A stretch of DNA of 64,000 nt, taken from NCBI GenBank assembly GCA_964016885.1, contig OZ024754.1, positions 11,532,001-11,596,000 of the forward strand, given 5' to 3'. Below the pieces are notes generated by a model, which had not been told where the DNA came from, ran no database searches, and was given only the letters and a program-made list of their open reading frames with translations. The stretch comes from Eledone cirrhosa. Lineage: Eukaryota. This document shows, piece by piece, positions 47,427 to 59,274 of this stretch (positions are counted from its first letter, which is position 1; each line of letters opens with the position of its first letter). A program made the position numbers and the translations under genes.

Positions 47427-49974
47427 GACCATAAATTTAAAAACCACAATGCATAAATCTTGTTGCACATTTGAAACTGTCTTAACAAATAATTAAATAT
47501 TCTTGAAAATTTCAAAAATGTTGATCAGAATAATTAAGATCAGGATTAACTAAAATGAAATTAAGCTGGTTTTATCTGTCACAGGTATAAAGAAAATGGC
47601 GTATCACTGTGTGGATTGCTTAATATTTTATTGGTCAAAACTTGTACAGGTAGTTTTCTGGCATAAATATTCATTTGTAAGTTGTTCTAAATTTACTAGT
47701 TTGATTTTCAATTTACATTTTAAAGGTATATACTAATAAAACCTAATTAGTGATTGGACTAACACACAGCATATTATGGAACAATATACAATATGTTAAT
47801 ATATAATAAATTTAAATATAGTGAGTGTTGTAGCAGTTTCTACCTTGCAAATGGTCTCACTGTGTGTACTTTAAGCTGTGATCATAACACAGCTTTAAAA
47901 CAATACAGCAAAACTATATGTATGTATATTATACAAAAACAAATTGTGTATAAGTCATATATGCCTTTAGAATAAAACTTTTATATATTTTTATATATTG
48001 AGAGAGAAAAAAGTAGATTCAAGCCAAGTTATTAGGACAAGAATAAACTAATAAAATATAGAGTAATGTAGTAAAAGACTGATAACCTTTTTGGAAATGT
48101 GGTAGAACAATACAAAGGGCAAATGAAAGAAAATGTTTTACCCAGGGTATTTTAGCATTCAGGGCTATTACCCTCTTTTCAATGTGCATGCATTTTGCAA
48201 ACACACAGACCAGTTAAGGAAGAAAACTGATTGCTCATTTTGTTTTGTCTTGGATACTAAATACACTGGGTAAAACATTACTTCATTTTGATTCATTTGT
48301 CATCATTTGCCCTTCATATTTTTCTTTCACAGTGTACTGGCTTTTAAAAAATATATTTCAAGGAATTTCTTTAGTTTCTCATCTATATTCAGTTTTGCCT
48401 ACTTCCTAAGATGGATTGATTTCTATAAATTTGAGTATTTGATATTTGCACACTGTTAGACATTCAACAGTAGAGGGTACCACTCTATCAAACTGTTAAC
48501 CTCTCAAATATGAATTAGTAATGGTACGTTTATTTCATATTTTATTAAAGATATGATTTACAAAAGGGACAAATCCTTAACCTTCAACAAGCTAGAAATT
48601 TATATAAGTTGCTTCCCTTGATACTGTATTATGGGGAGATTAATCTATCAGCGATATAATGCACCTGTAGCGTCCAGAAGATTAAGCAAAGAATTAGAAA
48701 GAAAATAAAAGTGGAAGACATGCACACTACAACAGGGAATGTTGGTGTTGCCGTCTAAATACTTTTGAGGCAAGACAAGACACAGCATTACCGCACGTGA
48801 TAGTGAAATTAAGGAGCTGGAATAGCCAAGCCCTCTCACAATGACACAAAAACCTTGTCATAAGTTCGGTGCCCTGAATGTCTTGAATGCCATAGGCTTA
48901 AAAATGTAATTTACTGGTAAATCATGGTATTTCAGTAGTAATTGTACCTATGTTATTTCAGCACATTAAACCAAGTTAATTTATGTACCATTCCCAGAAA
49001 CTAACACAGTGGCATATAAAATTTCATTTTGTTTATCAAGAGTGACATATAAATAAAGTTTTATCTTGTGACTATATAGGGGTCAGTTATTTAACAAGTT
49101 GACTTTGAAGCCATTGGACTTCAGGTCTGATCGTAAAATAAATACAAACAACAAAAGAAAGTGAAATATGAAGTAATAAATTAATATAAGCATGTCTGTT
49201 TATGTTATATACATGACCCAATAAGCCATTGAAGGATGAGCTCCCAACTAACTGCTGGTACTCATTTTCAGCTGAGTTGACTGGAACAATGTGTAATGAA
49301 ATGTTTTGCTCAAAAATACACTTGGTCCACTAATCGAACTGATGATGTGATCAGAAGCCCAACACCCTAACCATTAAGCCATGTTAGGAAATATGTCAGA
49401 CAAACAAAAATCAGAGGAGGAAAAGAATTGAAAATTAAGAAATTATAATTTCTATAAGAAAATAAGGAATATCAAATTTTATATCTGATGCAACATTTGA
49501 GATTCTTTGTCATTTCAAGTCAACACAGAATTTTTAAAGATTATAAATATTTATGATTCTATTCCTTTTATTAATTAGAAAAAAAAAAAAAAATCTTTCT
49601 AAATCTTATGAAGTTAAAGACAATTCACTACTACTTGAAACAACCATGGCAGAATATTGTTTTCTTTCTATATTAAGTCGTAAATAGATAAAAAAAAAAA
49701 GAAGAAAAAACAAAGAAAAAGAGCCAATGATGAGATCAGACCAAAAAAACAGTTTTCTTTGGTCTTTTGTTGGTGATACTATCTACCTATTGCAACATCT
49801 GGCAGACAGAGGCAAGATTTGGATTCAGAGCCTACAGAGCTGCATTAGATACCATAAAACCTTTCACCCAACTCTTTCATAATTCTGCCAATCCACTGCC
49901 TCTTAACGGCACTGACACTTTATTGACCCCCCCCCCCCCCCCCCCCGTACACATTGCTGTGTACGTCTGGTTTA

Positions 49975-50395
49975 GATTGTATACACTGTACGTCTGGATG
50001 TTATACTACATCTGGTTAAGAATAGGTACGCTGTAACAATGTATGTTATACTACATCTAGTTTAGAATAGGTATACTGTACTTCTGGATGTTATGCTACA
50101 TCTGGTTTAGATTAGGTACACTGTACCTATGTATGTTATAAGACATCTAGTTAAGAATAGGTACACTGTAACAATGTATGTTATAAGACATCTAGTTAAG
50201 AATAGGTACACTGTACCTATGTATGTTATAAGACATCTAGTTAAGAATAGGTACACTGTAACAATGTATGTAATAAGACATCTAGTTAAGAATAGGTACA
50301 CTGTAACAATGTATGTTATAAGACATCTAGTTAAGAATAGGTAGCATGTATCTCTGTATGTCATAATACATCTGGTTTAGAATAGGTACATTGTA
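49975..50395. repeat. Minisatellite, ~45 bp x ~9
   Basis: CATCTAGTTAAGAATAGGTACACTGTA(ACAA/CCTA)TGTATGTTATAAGA, degenerate at both edges. Confidence 0.9.
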
Positions 50396-50717
50396 TAACT
50401 ACATGCCTAAAGAGGTGATTAAAAGAGTTGGCATCATGCTATAAAACACAGCTTCAAAAACGAGTCCATGCTGAGTATGGAGACTGTTATGGGATTATTA
50501 AGGTTAAACTCTGTTTTAGCAAGGCAGAATATCTTTTAAATTATTGTATTATAACTAACGGTTCTTTGTATCTAATTCCACCATCTCTTTATAACATTTC
50601 ATCCTTATTGTCTGCTTTATATTCACCTACCTGACTGACTGCAGTTTATAAATATTTGTAGATATATATAAGAATGAATAAGAAGGGAAACTTTAACAAA
50701 TATCAAATTAACACGTA

Positions 50718-50720
<3 letters not shown>

Positions 50721-50773
<53 letters not shown>
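50721..50773. repeat. (GT)n microsatellite
   Basis: Pure TG run; long (TA)n runs also at 52088-52142, 52950-53095, 55747-55804. Confidence 0.95.
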
Positions 50774-50776
<3 letters not shown>

Positions 50777-52081
50777 ACTGATAATGGCTCCCTTTGGGAG
50801 AAAGAGAACTCAATACGTAATATGAATTCACATAACAAAATACTAACAAATCTGAAAACATTTTAAATTTAAGCTAAGAAATTCACTTTACTTCTTTATG
50901 TTATTTGTATTAATAAAAAAAAAAAACCATAAAAAACAATTTTAAATATGAAGGAATAAAAAATAATTTAAATAAAGAAAAAAATTTCTATAAAAAATGT
51001 TTATAATTAATATTTTAATTTAACAGAAAATTTTATAATCATTTCATATTTTCAATGAGGGACAAAGTACAAAAAACAAAACAAAACAAAACAAAAAAAC
51101 AGGTAGAGAATACTTATGATTTCACTATAATTTTGTATATATTTTGTGTATTTTTATAACAAATCTGAAAAAAGAATTGATTGCAAGATCAGACTAAGGA
51201 AACAATGTTGCCATTAGTTTTTCCATTGCTGATGCTACCTGTCAGTTGCAACACCTGACAGAAGGAAGCAGAATTTGAACTCAGAAAGCACACAGCCAGA
51301 TCAGATACTGCAAAGCATCCCACCAGACTAACAGTTTTGCCAATCCATTGCTCCAGCTGGTCTGGTACTTTATCAACCTCCGGAATGATAAAAGGCAAAT
51401 TTGACCTTGACAGGATTTCAACTTAGAGTGCATTGAGCAGGAATATATCTATAACAAAAAAAAAAAAAATTAAAAACGCCTAAAGTCTGCTTCAAGCCCG
51501 GTGGCTCATTAAGGCCAGTGCTCATCCTAGCTTGCTTGACATGAAGTAACTGAGAATACAAGACTCACTCCTGGACAGGGTGCCAGTCCATTGTAAGGTT
51601 ATACTCCCATCTATTGCTGGTACTCATTTTCAGTTGCGTATACTGGAACAACATGATATGAAGTGTTTTGCTCAAGAATACAACACACAACATTATGATC
51701 ATAGGTCCAACACTGTTACCACTAAGCCCACTAGGGACATTTAATATGATGGCTTAATGACTGCACCTAGAGCTTACTTATGTCAAAGAGAAAGACTAAT
51801 ATAAAAGGAAACAATATGTAAGAGAGAAAAAAATCAAATAGATCTTGGCAACCATCTTTGTATCACTAGATATTTGGTGTTTTAGATTTTCTGTCAAGAA
51901 TCAGCAATTTTCCCACAAATTGAAAAATTACAAATTTCTCAATGAATGGTAAAATTAGACTGATTTTAGTAACTGAGCATAATTAAGAAGTTAAGAGTAA
52001 AAGAACAACCAGAACAATTTCTTTTTTCAGCACTTTTTCTATTCTAATTGGCAGGTAAATTTTACTAAATTTCTACAGGTG

Positions 52082-52148
<67 letters not shown>

Positions 52149-52642
52149 AAAGGAGGGAAAAAACGAACAATAAAAAAACATTGTATACTTATTATATTTT
52201 GAATAAGGGAAAATATATATATAAAGAGAAAAATATATATCTATTTGCTTTTTAATTAAAATGAGAGAGAAATTCAGTTGAAAAAATATAGCCCTTTAAT
52301 TAGTTAGAAAGGAGTCGATGTATTGAAATGATAGGCACTGTCAAATGAAGGGGTTAAGTTAGGAAAATAGAGGAAATTTATGAAGAAAAATTAAGGAACA
52401 AGGGGAAAAAGGGGCTGTTTCCTAAATGGTAGGTGGAATTTAAACAATGAAGTCTACATACATACATGCATATGTGTGTGTATGCATATATATATATATA
52501 TTTAAAGGTTAAACAAGGTTCAATGAATAAGTCAAAGAATTAGTTTTAGAATAGATTGGAAGCACTCAACAGAAGTGGTTTTCCAGAGTTATTAATATTA
52601 ATTCAAAATATTAACAAAAATAGAACTTCTTGTGATCAAGTA

Positions 52643-52709
52643 TATTTTATTATACATATTTCAGAGGTACTGAGCTAACTTCAACAGTACGTCCTCATCA
52701 GATAAAATA
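52643..52709 (-). ncRNA. Minimal type-I hammerhead ribozyme (mirror copy)
   Basis: Exact reverse complement of 52838-52904. Confidence 0.8.
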
Positions 52710-52837
52710 AGATGATGCATGACATACCCTGACATAGTAGATGGTTAAGATCCAGTCATGGTAGTGTGTCATATCTTACTCACTACCATGACTGGATCTT
52801 AACCATCTACTATGTCAGGGTATGTCATGCATCATCT

Positions 52838-52904
52838 TATTTTATCTGATGAGGACGTACTGTTGAAGTTAGCTCAGTACCTCTGAAATATGTATAATAA
52901 AATA
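52838..52904 (+). ncRNA. Minimal type-I hammerhead ribozyme
   Basis: TATTTTAT-CTGATGA-GGACGTACTG..CAGTACCTCT-GAAA-TATGTA-TA-ATAAAATA; 8-bp stem I, ~9-bp stem II, AUA cleavage triplet ending at 52896. Confidence 0.8.
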
Positions 52905-52948
52905 TACTTGATCACAAGAAGTTCTATTTTTGTTAATATTTTGAATTA

Positions 52949-53032
<84 letters not shown>

Positions 53033-53053
53033 GTATATATATGTATATATATG

Positions 53054-53086
<33 letters not shown>

Positions 53087-54648
53087 GTATATATATGTGT
53101 GTGGATATCCGAACATCACAAAGATTGTTGAACATGCATTGACATACATATATATGTACATACATGCACACACACACACGTATGTATAAAATTTCATTGT
53201 TTACATTCCATTTACCATTTATGAAAAAAAATCGCCAAAGAATAAAACAAAGTTTAAACAATTTTTCAAGAATTCAAAAAATTTATCAACAATTAGTAGA
53301 CATGAAGATAAACCCCTATTAAAGAATACTTAATGTATGTGTAGGTTGTTAAGACAGGGGGAAGGCTGGGAAGAATAACAGTGAAAAATAGACGTAGCAT
53401 AACTAACACATAACCAATTTAGAATGTAACATGCCATGGGCCCTTAACTCCTGATGGAATTGTAGGGGTACCGTTTTGGGCATTTTTAAACCTGGTGGAA
53501 TTCATCCCCACTCCAAGTCTGAACAACACAGTCGATTTCTTCCAGAGAAGGAAAGAAAGTTTGAGAGAGAGGGAGGAAGTGAGAAAGAGATATTAGAAGA
53601 AGAATCAACCCCAGTACTAGACAGGTACTTTATTTTATCGACCTCGAAAGGATGAAAGGCGAAGTTGACTTTGCCGGGATTTGAACCCAGAGCATACAAA
53701 CCCAGAACGAATACCACAAAGCATTCTATTCAACGTTCTAACAGCTCTACCAATTTGCTGCCTACAATAATACATTTAGAATGTATTATTAGTAATCCAA
53801 TTCAAAAGAAAAAAAAAGATTGTGTCTAACTTAGGAAAACTTAGAAATATTAAAAACAAATATCAAACTATATTAGAATTTTAAACAAAGAAACATCTAA
53901 ATTTAATAGATTAGAATTATTCAAGAATGTTGCATTATTACAACACAATTTAACACTTTGATACCACCCCATCTAAAACTGACTCTGGTTCTATAAAACA
54001 AAACCACCCATTTTAAAATGTTCCTATTTAAGTTAAAATCTTCCGACATTTTATATAAGAATATGTTAAATTACTATCTTAATAATGAAATATTTCTAGT
54101 AACTCTCTCCAAATTCCTCACTAATTTATTGAAATACAGTGTATTTCATGAGAAATATGGCAACAAAAAGATTAAAATAAATATAAACCTTCATTTGCAA
54201 CGGAACTGTAACAAAGTTAATTAAAAAAAGAAAATGAGAAAAAAAAAAGACGTTAATTTTAAAACAGTTACTTAAGAGTTGGATCACTACTGGTTCCAAT
54301 CATGAGTGTTCCAGTTACTCAAATAACAGAACAACTTCCTTTTGAAACTATCATTGGTTATGGATTTTCAACAAGTCCCAGCCTTCCTGTCAATTAAGTC
54401 GTTGTGACCCTGCCCTACACAGCTAGTTCAAGAGAGAGGGTACTTAATAACTCCCTCTTCTCCATATTACAATCGTTGTGATCCTGCCTCTACTGACAAC
54501 AATGTCACCACCAGTAACCATCATCTAGGATGGAGTGGTAGGTGTTTGTTTACTGTTTATCCTGCCTCCAATCATATTTGGTCAGCCTTATGCAGATACA
54601 GAGAATAACAATATTGTGAAGAAGTTATTAGCTAAATATATATGTGTA

Positions 54649-54703
<55 letters not shown>

Positions 54704-55468
54704 AGTGATAGAAGAGACATAGTTGATACATAGATGAGCCAAGATCAATCTCTTTACATTTTAACATTTTTTTATATCAGCCAAACAAAAAACCCTTTTA
54801 GTACCAACCTGGCTAAAATTGTTTCTAATTCTATCAAACAAAGGTATCCATTTTAAAAGGCTTCTATTTAAAATAAATTCTTCCAACATAATTTTATATA
54901 AGAAGCATATGTTAAGTTACTGTTTTTCTAATGAAATAATTCATTTTAATAAAACCTTCAAAATTATTCATTAATTAATTGAAATAGTGTATTTCATTAG
55001 AAATACAAACACAAAAGGATTTAAACCAATTATTAAACTTAAAAAAAAAAACACTTGTAACATTGTAAAAGTATTTTTGAGAACGAATTAAAATTTCTTA
55101 TATACAGATAAATGTTTCAAAATTGACAAAGTGTGTTTCTTTAATTTTTTTTTTTTTTTATACCTTCAAGGGAATTAGTAAAGTGAAGTGAAACTACTGC
55201 AACTGGGAACTGAAACCAAGCTACAGATCATGTGGTATTCCCTACCACCAACGATTGTTAAAATATAAGAATTAGTCTTCTATAACTTTTTGTATATATT
55301 CATGTGTGTATATGTTATATATATATCAAATGAAAAAGATATATGTATATCATCATCATCATCATTCCATTTCTCTTTTCCCTGCTTGCAAGGGTGGGAC
55401 GTATATATAAATTATTTAGCCTGATAGTGGGGTTAAGAACCCTCGGAGAAATGGAAAAAGATGAGTAT

Positions 55469-55540
55469 TGACGTACATGGGAGTCGAACCCACATCTTTG
55501 GTTATCCAGACCACTGTGCTACCATTTACACCAACACATC
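55469..55540 (-). tRNA. tRNA-like cloverleaf, apparent GGA anticodon, probably pseudo or element-borne
   Basis: GATGTGT-TG-GTGT-AAATGGTA-GCAC-A-GTGGT-CTGGATA-ACCAA-AGAT-GTGGG-TTCGACT-CCCAT-GTACGTC-A, 72 nt, TTTTT shortly downstream. Confidence 0.6.
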
Positions 55541-55594
55541 ACCCGTCTTTTTCCATTCAAATTAGAAGCTATAAACTAAGCGACTGTAATGTCA

Positions 55595-55743
55595 AGTAAG
55601 AACATTTTTGAAACAGCGAGTGGGTTTGGAATTATTATAAATGTAAGCTATCGCAGTATTTTGACTAAAGAAATTAGTCAAAATACGGCGATAACTTACA
55701 TTTATAATAATTCCAAACCCGCTCGCTGTTTCAAAAATATTCT

Positions 55744-55747
<4 letters not shown>
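55595..55747. repeat. Fold-back palindrome, ~74-bp arms abutting (TA)n
   Basis: 55595-55668 is the reverse complement of 55674-55747 with about 4 mismatches. Confidence 0.9.
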
Positions 55748-55808
<61 letters not shown>

Positions 55809-57024
55809 GAACCATATATCTAACATATCTGATGTTTTGATTCATTATATATATATATATTTATATATACAGAGAGAGAGAGAGAGAGAGAGAAATACTT
55901 GTTGAGGGATCTAAACTAAAATGCTAGAAACAAACAACGAAAATGTTTAACATGGCAGGAAAGTGTTTGAAATAAAAACCACCGACAACACTATCAGAAT
56001 GCACTAAAATGCTCTATATTGATTATATTAATATATTGTAGCTAGAGAAGACCAGAAGACAATGTTATGAATTACATTTAAATAATCTATCTACTACATT
56101 TATGCTATCTATCTGCAATTACACTTGTTACTGTTTCAGCAGCTAGTTCCAGAGTCTGGAACTAGCTGTTGAAGCGGCAAGAGCTCACCCACTGGGTCCT
56201 GACTCTTTATTTTATTTTATTTATATATATATATATAATGAAAAGCTGTTTTACACATGTGGGAGAAATTAATTTCAAAGACAATATAACTACAAAAAAG
56301 TCTTAATATTAAAATTCAGAATATTTACTAATATATCACATAGCTTCTTCCAAATAAGACAGTAATAAAATTTCTTAGTTGGACTAAGAAGATCGATATT
56401 GAATGTTTATATATGTTTGCTATTGTATCATTACTGATTTCTAACAGAGGTAGAAGGCTTCTAATTGAGGGGTAGAGTGTAGAAATTAATTTTCTACTTA
56501 GAAAAGTGGCAATTTTCTTTTATATATACATATATATATATATATTATATATATATATATTATATATATATATATATTCCTAAAATGACTCTTCCATGAT
56601 GTAATTACTTTAGTCTCAACATATGGTCTCTAATCAAGTCACTTGCCAGACAAGTACAACTCCGAAAATACAGTTTCTAAAATATTTGAATCACTAATGA
56701 ACGGCCCAAATTAATTGGTGTTCATTGGATAAATATCTAAAGGGGTTATGGGGAAAATCACAACAAATTAATATTTCTTCCTACTTTTTTTTTTGTTTAC
56801 TGTGAATGTTTAAATGCAGCAGTGAAAGAAGGTATGTAACTAACAGAGAAAGAAAGAGAAGAGGTCAGATCATGAAAGAGCAATAACAACGTTGGCAACA
56901 ACAACAACAACAACAACAATTCATGAAGAGATTGTTAGCTAATTTTAGTAGCAGCATATCAACTACTGGATCTGTGATGAAGGTACAAGCTCCAGGATTT
57001 TATTAACAGTAACAGTAAGACTGC

Positions 57025-57118
57025 TTATTCTTCACCTCCATAATCCAAAATGTGTTCAAAGGAGAACGGTTGAAAGAGATAACCAGTGCCTTGATAAAAT
57101 TTGTTTTGGAATTCAACC
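57025..57118 (-). CDS. ATP6V0A: V-type proton ATPase V0 subunit a, last coding exon
   Basis: TTTTCAG|[31 protein letters not shown]. Confidence 0.96.
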
Positions 57119-57240
57119 CTGAAAACAAAATAAACAGAATATATATATATATGTGTGTGTGAAAAGTAAATGGAAAAAATACAAGTGATGAAGTACAAGG
57201 GAGATATATATTAATTTCACACTTAATATAGTAGGAAAAA

Positions 57241-57277
57241 TCTTAACATTTCAGACGCTAGTCCTTCATCAGAAAAT
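57241..57277 (-). ncRNA. Degenerate minimal hammerhead motif in the last V-ATPase intron
   Basis: TTTT-CTGATGA-AGGAC-TAGC-GTCT-GAAA-TGTT-AAGA, like PLE-type CTGATGAAGG..CCGAAACGTY. Confidence 0.55.
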
Positions 57278-57872
57278 AGAATAAACATGCATAAATCTCG
57301 CCACAAATATTTTAAGCTGTGATCATGTCACAGCTATCTCAGTGACCACGTGAGAATGGCAGACATGTGTTTCATGATTTTATCCATCATCTGTGACATT
57401 TACTCACTCTGTACAGAGATAACAATAAGCTAGAGCTTATATACTTTCTGCAAATGTAACATCTGCTGGGGAAGTTCATTTGCATATTGTACGAGTTTCA
57501 CTGATTAAAATTATTTAGCAATAGCATCAACATACATGATTCATAATAGAGGTGTATATTTCTAAGCTCTTAGCTACTATTGGAGTTGTAGGGACACCAT
57601 CTTTTAAACCTGGTGAAACCCATTTCGGTACAAGAGAGAGAGAGAGAGAGAGAGAGAATCAACCCTCTGTACTGGACTCATATTTTATTGATTTCGAGAA
57701 GATGAAAAGCAAAGTCGACATTGACAGCATTTTAACTCAGAGCGTAGAAAACTGAAACAAATACTGGCAAGTACTCTATTCAACACTTTCATGAGTCTGT
57801 CAGTTCATTGCTTTGTATTTTTATATATTTTTATAGATTAAAATCCCCACAAAAACCCCAGAAATTCCTTAC

Positions 57873-58044
57873 CAATGTAATCGAAGAGCATGAAGGAAAG
57901 CTGATAATCCTTCCATAATCAATAAGACTGCTATGGTAAGAACTGCCCATAATGGAAATATAATAAAAGTCATAACAACTCCACCATAGCCTGTCTGGTT
58001 TAAAGCTTTTCTCATCACCATAGTCCATAATACTTCAGATAACT
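57873..58044 (-). CDS. ATP6V0A: V-type proton ATPase V0 subunit a, penultimate exon
   Basis: 172 nt, AG/GT bounded: [28 protein letters not shown]. Confidence 0.97.
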
Positions 58045-58065
58045 CTGAAATAGAAATAAAGTAAT

Positions 58066-58690
58066 TAAATTAAACAATAATTGTTTCTACTTTTGGCACA
58101 AGGCCAGCAATTATTCCAGTGCATTACTGGTACTTTATTTTATCAACCCCGTAAGGATGAAAGGCAAAGTTAACCTCAGCAGGATTTGAACTCAGATCAT
58201 AAAGGGCCGTAACTCTATGCTGCAAAGCATGGCGTCTGACTCTCTACCGATACTGCTAATCCACCACCCTAAATTAAACAATAATAACAACTTCTAATTT
58301 AGGTACAAGGCCTATAAATTGGTGGTGGAAGGGGGAGGGAGAGCTGATTAAATCAACTCCAGTTACTGGTGCTTTATTTTATTGATCCTGTAAAGATGAA
58401 AGGCAAAGTTAACCTTGGTGGGATTCGAAATCAGAACATAAAGGGTCATAATTCTATGCTGCAAAGTATGGAGTCTGACATTCTATCAATATTGCCAATC
58501 TACCATCCTTTATTAAACAATAATAATGACTTTTAATTTAGACACAAAGCCAGAAAATTGGTAGGAGGAAGGGAAAGTGGATTTAATTGACCCCAGTACT
58601 TGACTGGGAGTTTGACCTCAGCAATATTGGCACAAATACTGCTAAGCATTTGTCCAATGCTCTAATGACCCTGTCAATATACTATCCTAA
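58066..58690 (-). mobile_element. Stack of three SINE family A copies
   Basis: Youngest copy flanked by TAAATTAAACAATAAT duplication (~58066 and ~58270); copies further right are more diverged. Confidence 0.8.
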
Positions 58691-59153
58691 ACAACAACAG
58701 TAGCAACAATTGTCACTGCCACCAGTAGAATCCATGTCTTGTTTTAGCATCTTTTCTACAGCTTCATATCAACAAACACTTTATAGAGTGTACTGGGGGC
58801 ATTAAATTTTGCTACAAGTACAAGTACAAGAGAGCCTGTTTGTAACAGTGCTTTCAATTTGAGGGGTTTACAAAGAAACTACCTTGAGACCAACACCAAT
58901 GAACATGGAGCCACAATTTGATCAAGGTAAAAGTATTTTAATATTGTAAATGTGCTGCTGCTGCCATGAGAAATTGTGAGGTCTAGCATTTACCATTAAT
59001 TTCCTCTTGTTTCCTCCATCTTGTCTTTCTGTAAATAAAACAAGATCAAAACGAAGAGGAGATGCAGAGAGGTAAGAATAGTAATTGAGAAGGTCACAGT
59101 ATGTGTGATGAAAGAGTTTTGGACAATTAAACATGACAAAAATTAACACTCAC

Positions 59154-59274
59154 GTGCATGAGCTAAACTCAGTGCCCAGAGTCGAAGATAGGAAGCTGTG
59201 TTTGAAATACAACTTAAAGAGTATTCAATTGTATGGATAGCTTGATGAATCAAAGTATCAGCAAAATCAAATTC
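59154..59274 (-). CDS. ATP6V0A: V-type proton ATPase V0 subunit a, exon with the essential Arg
   Basis: 121 nt: [40 protein letters not shown]; upstream exons probably lie outside the window. Confidence 0.97.

Larger units (their letters stand above)
52595..52952. mobile_element. Perfect 172-bp inverted repeat (14-nt spacer), Penelope pLTR-like fold-back
   Basis: 52595-52766 is the reverse complement of 52781-52952 with no mismatch seen; (TA)n on both sides (52488-52501 and from 52950). Confidence 0.9.

Noticed and set aside
52869-53261. YI-repeat ORFs here and at other (TA)n tracts
   Set aside because: Translations of microsatellites
56128-56176. Hammerhead or pre-miRNA
   Set aside because: Only a ~20-bp hairpin with almost no loop; no CTGANGA box
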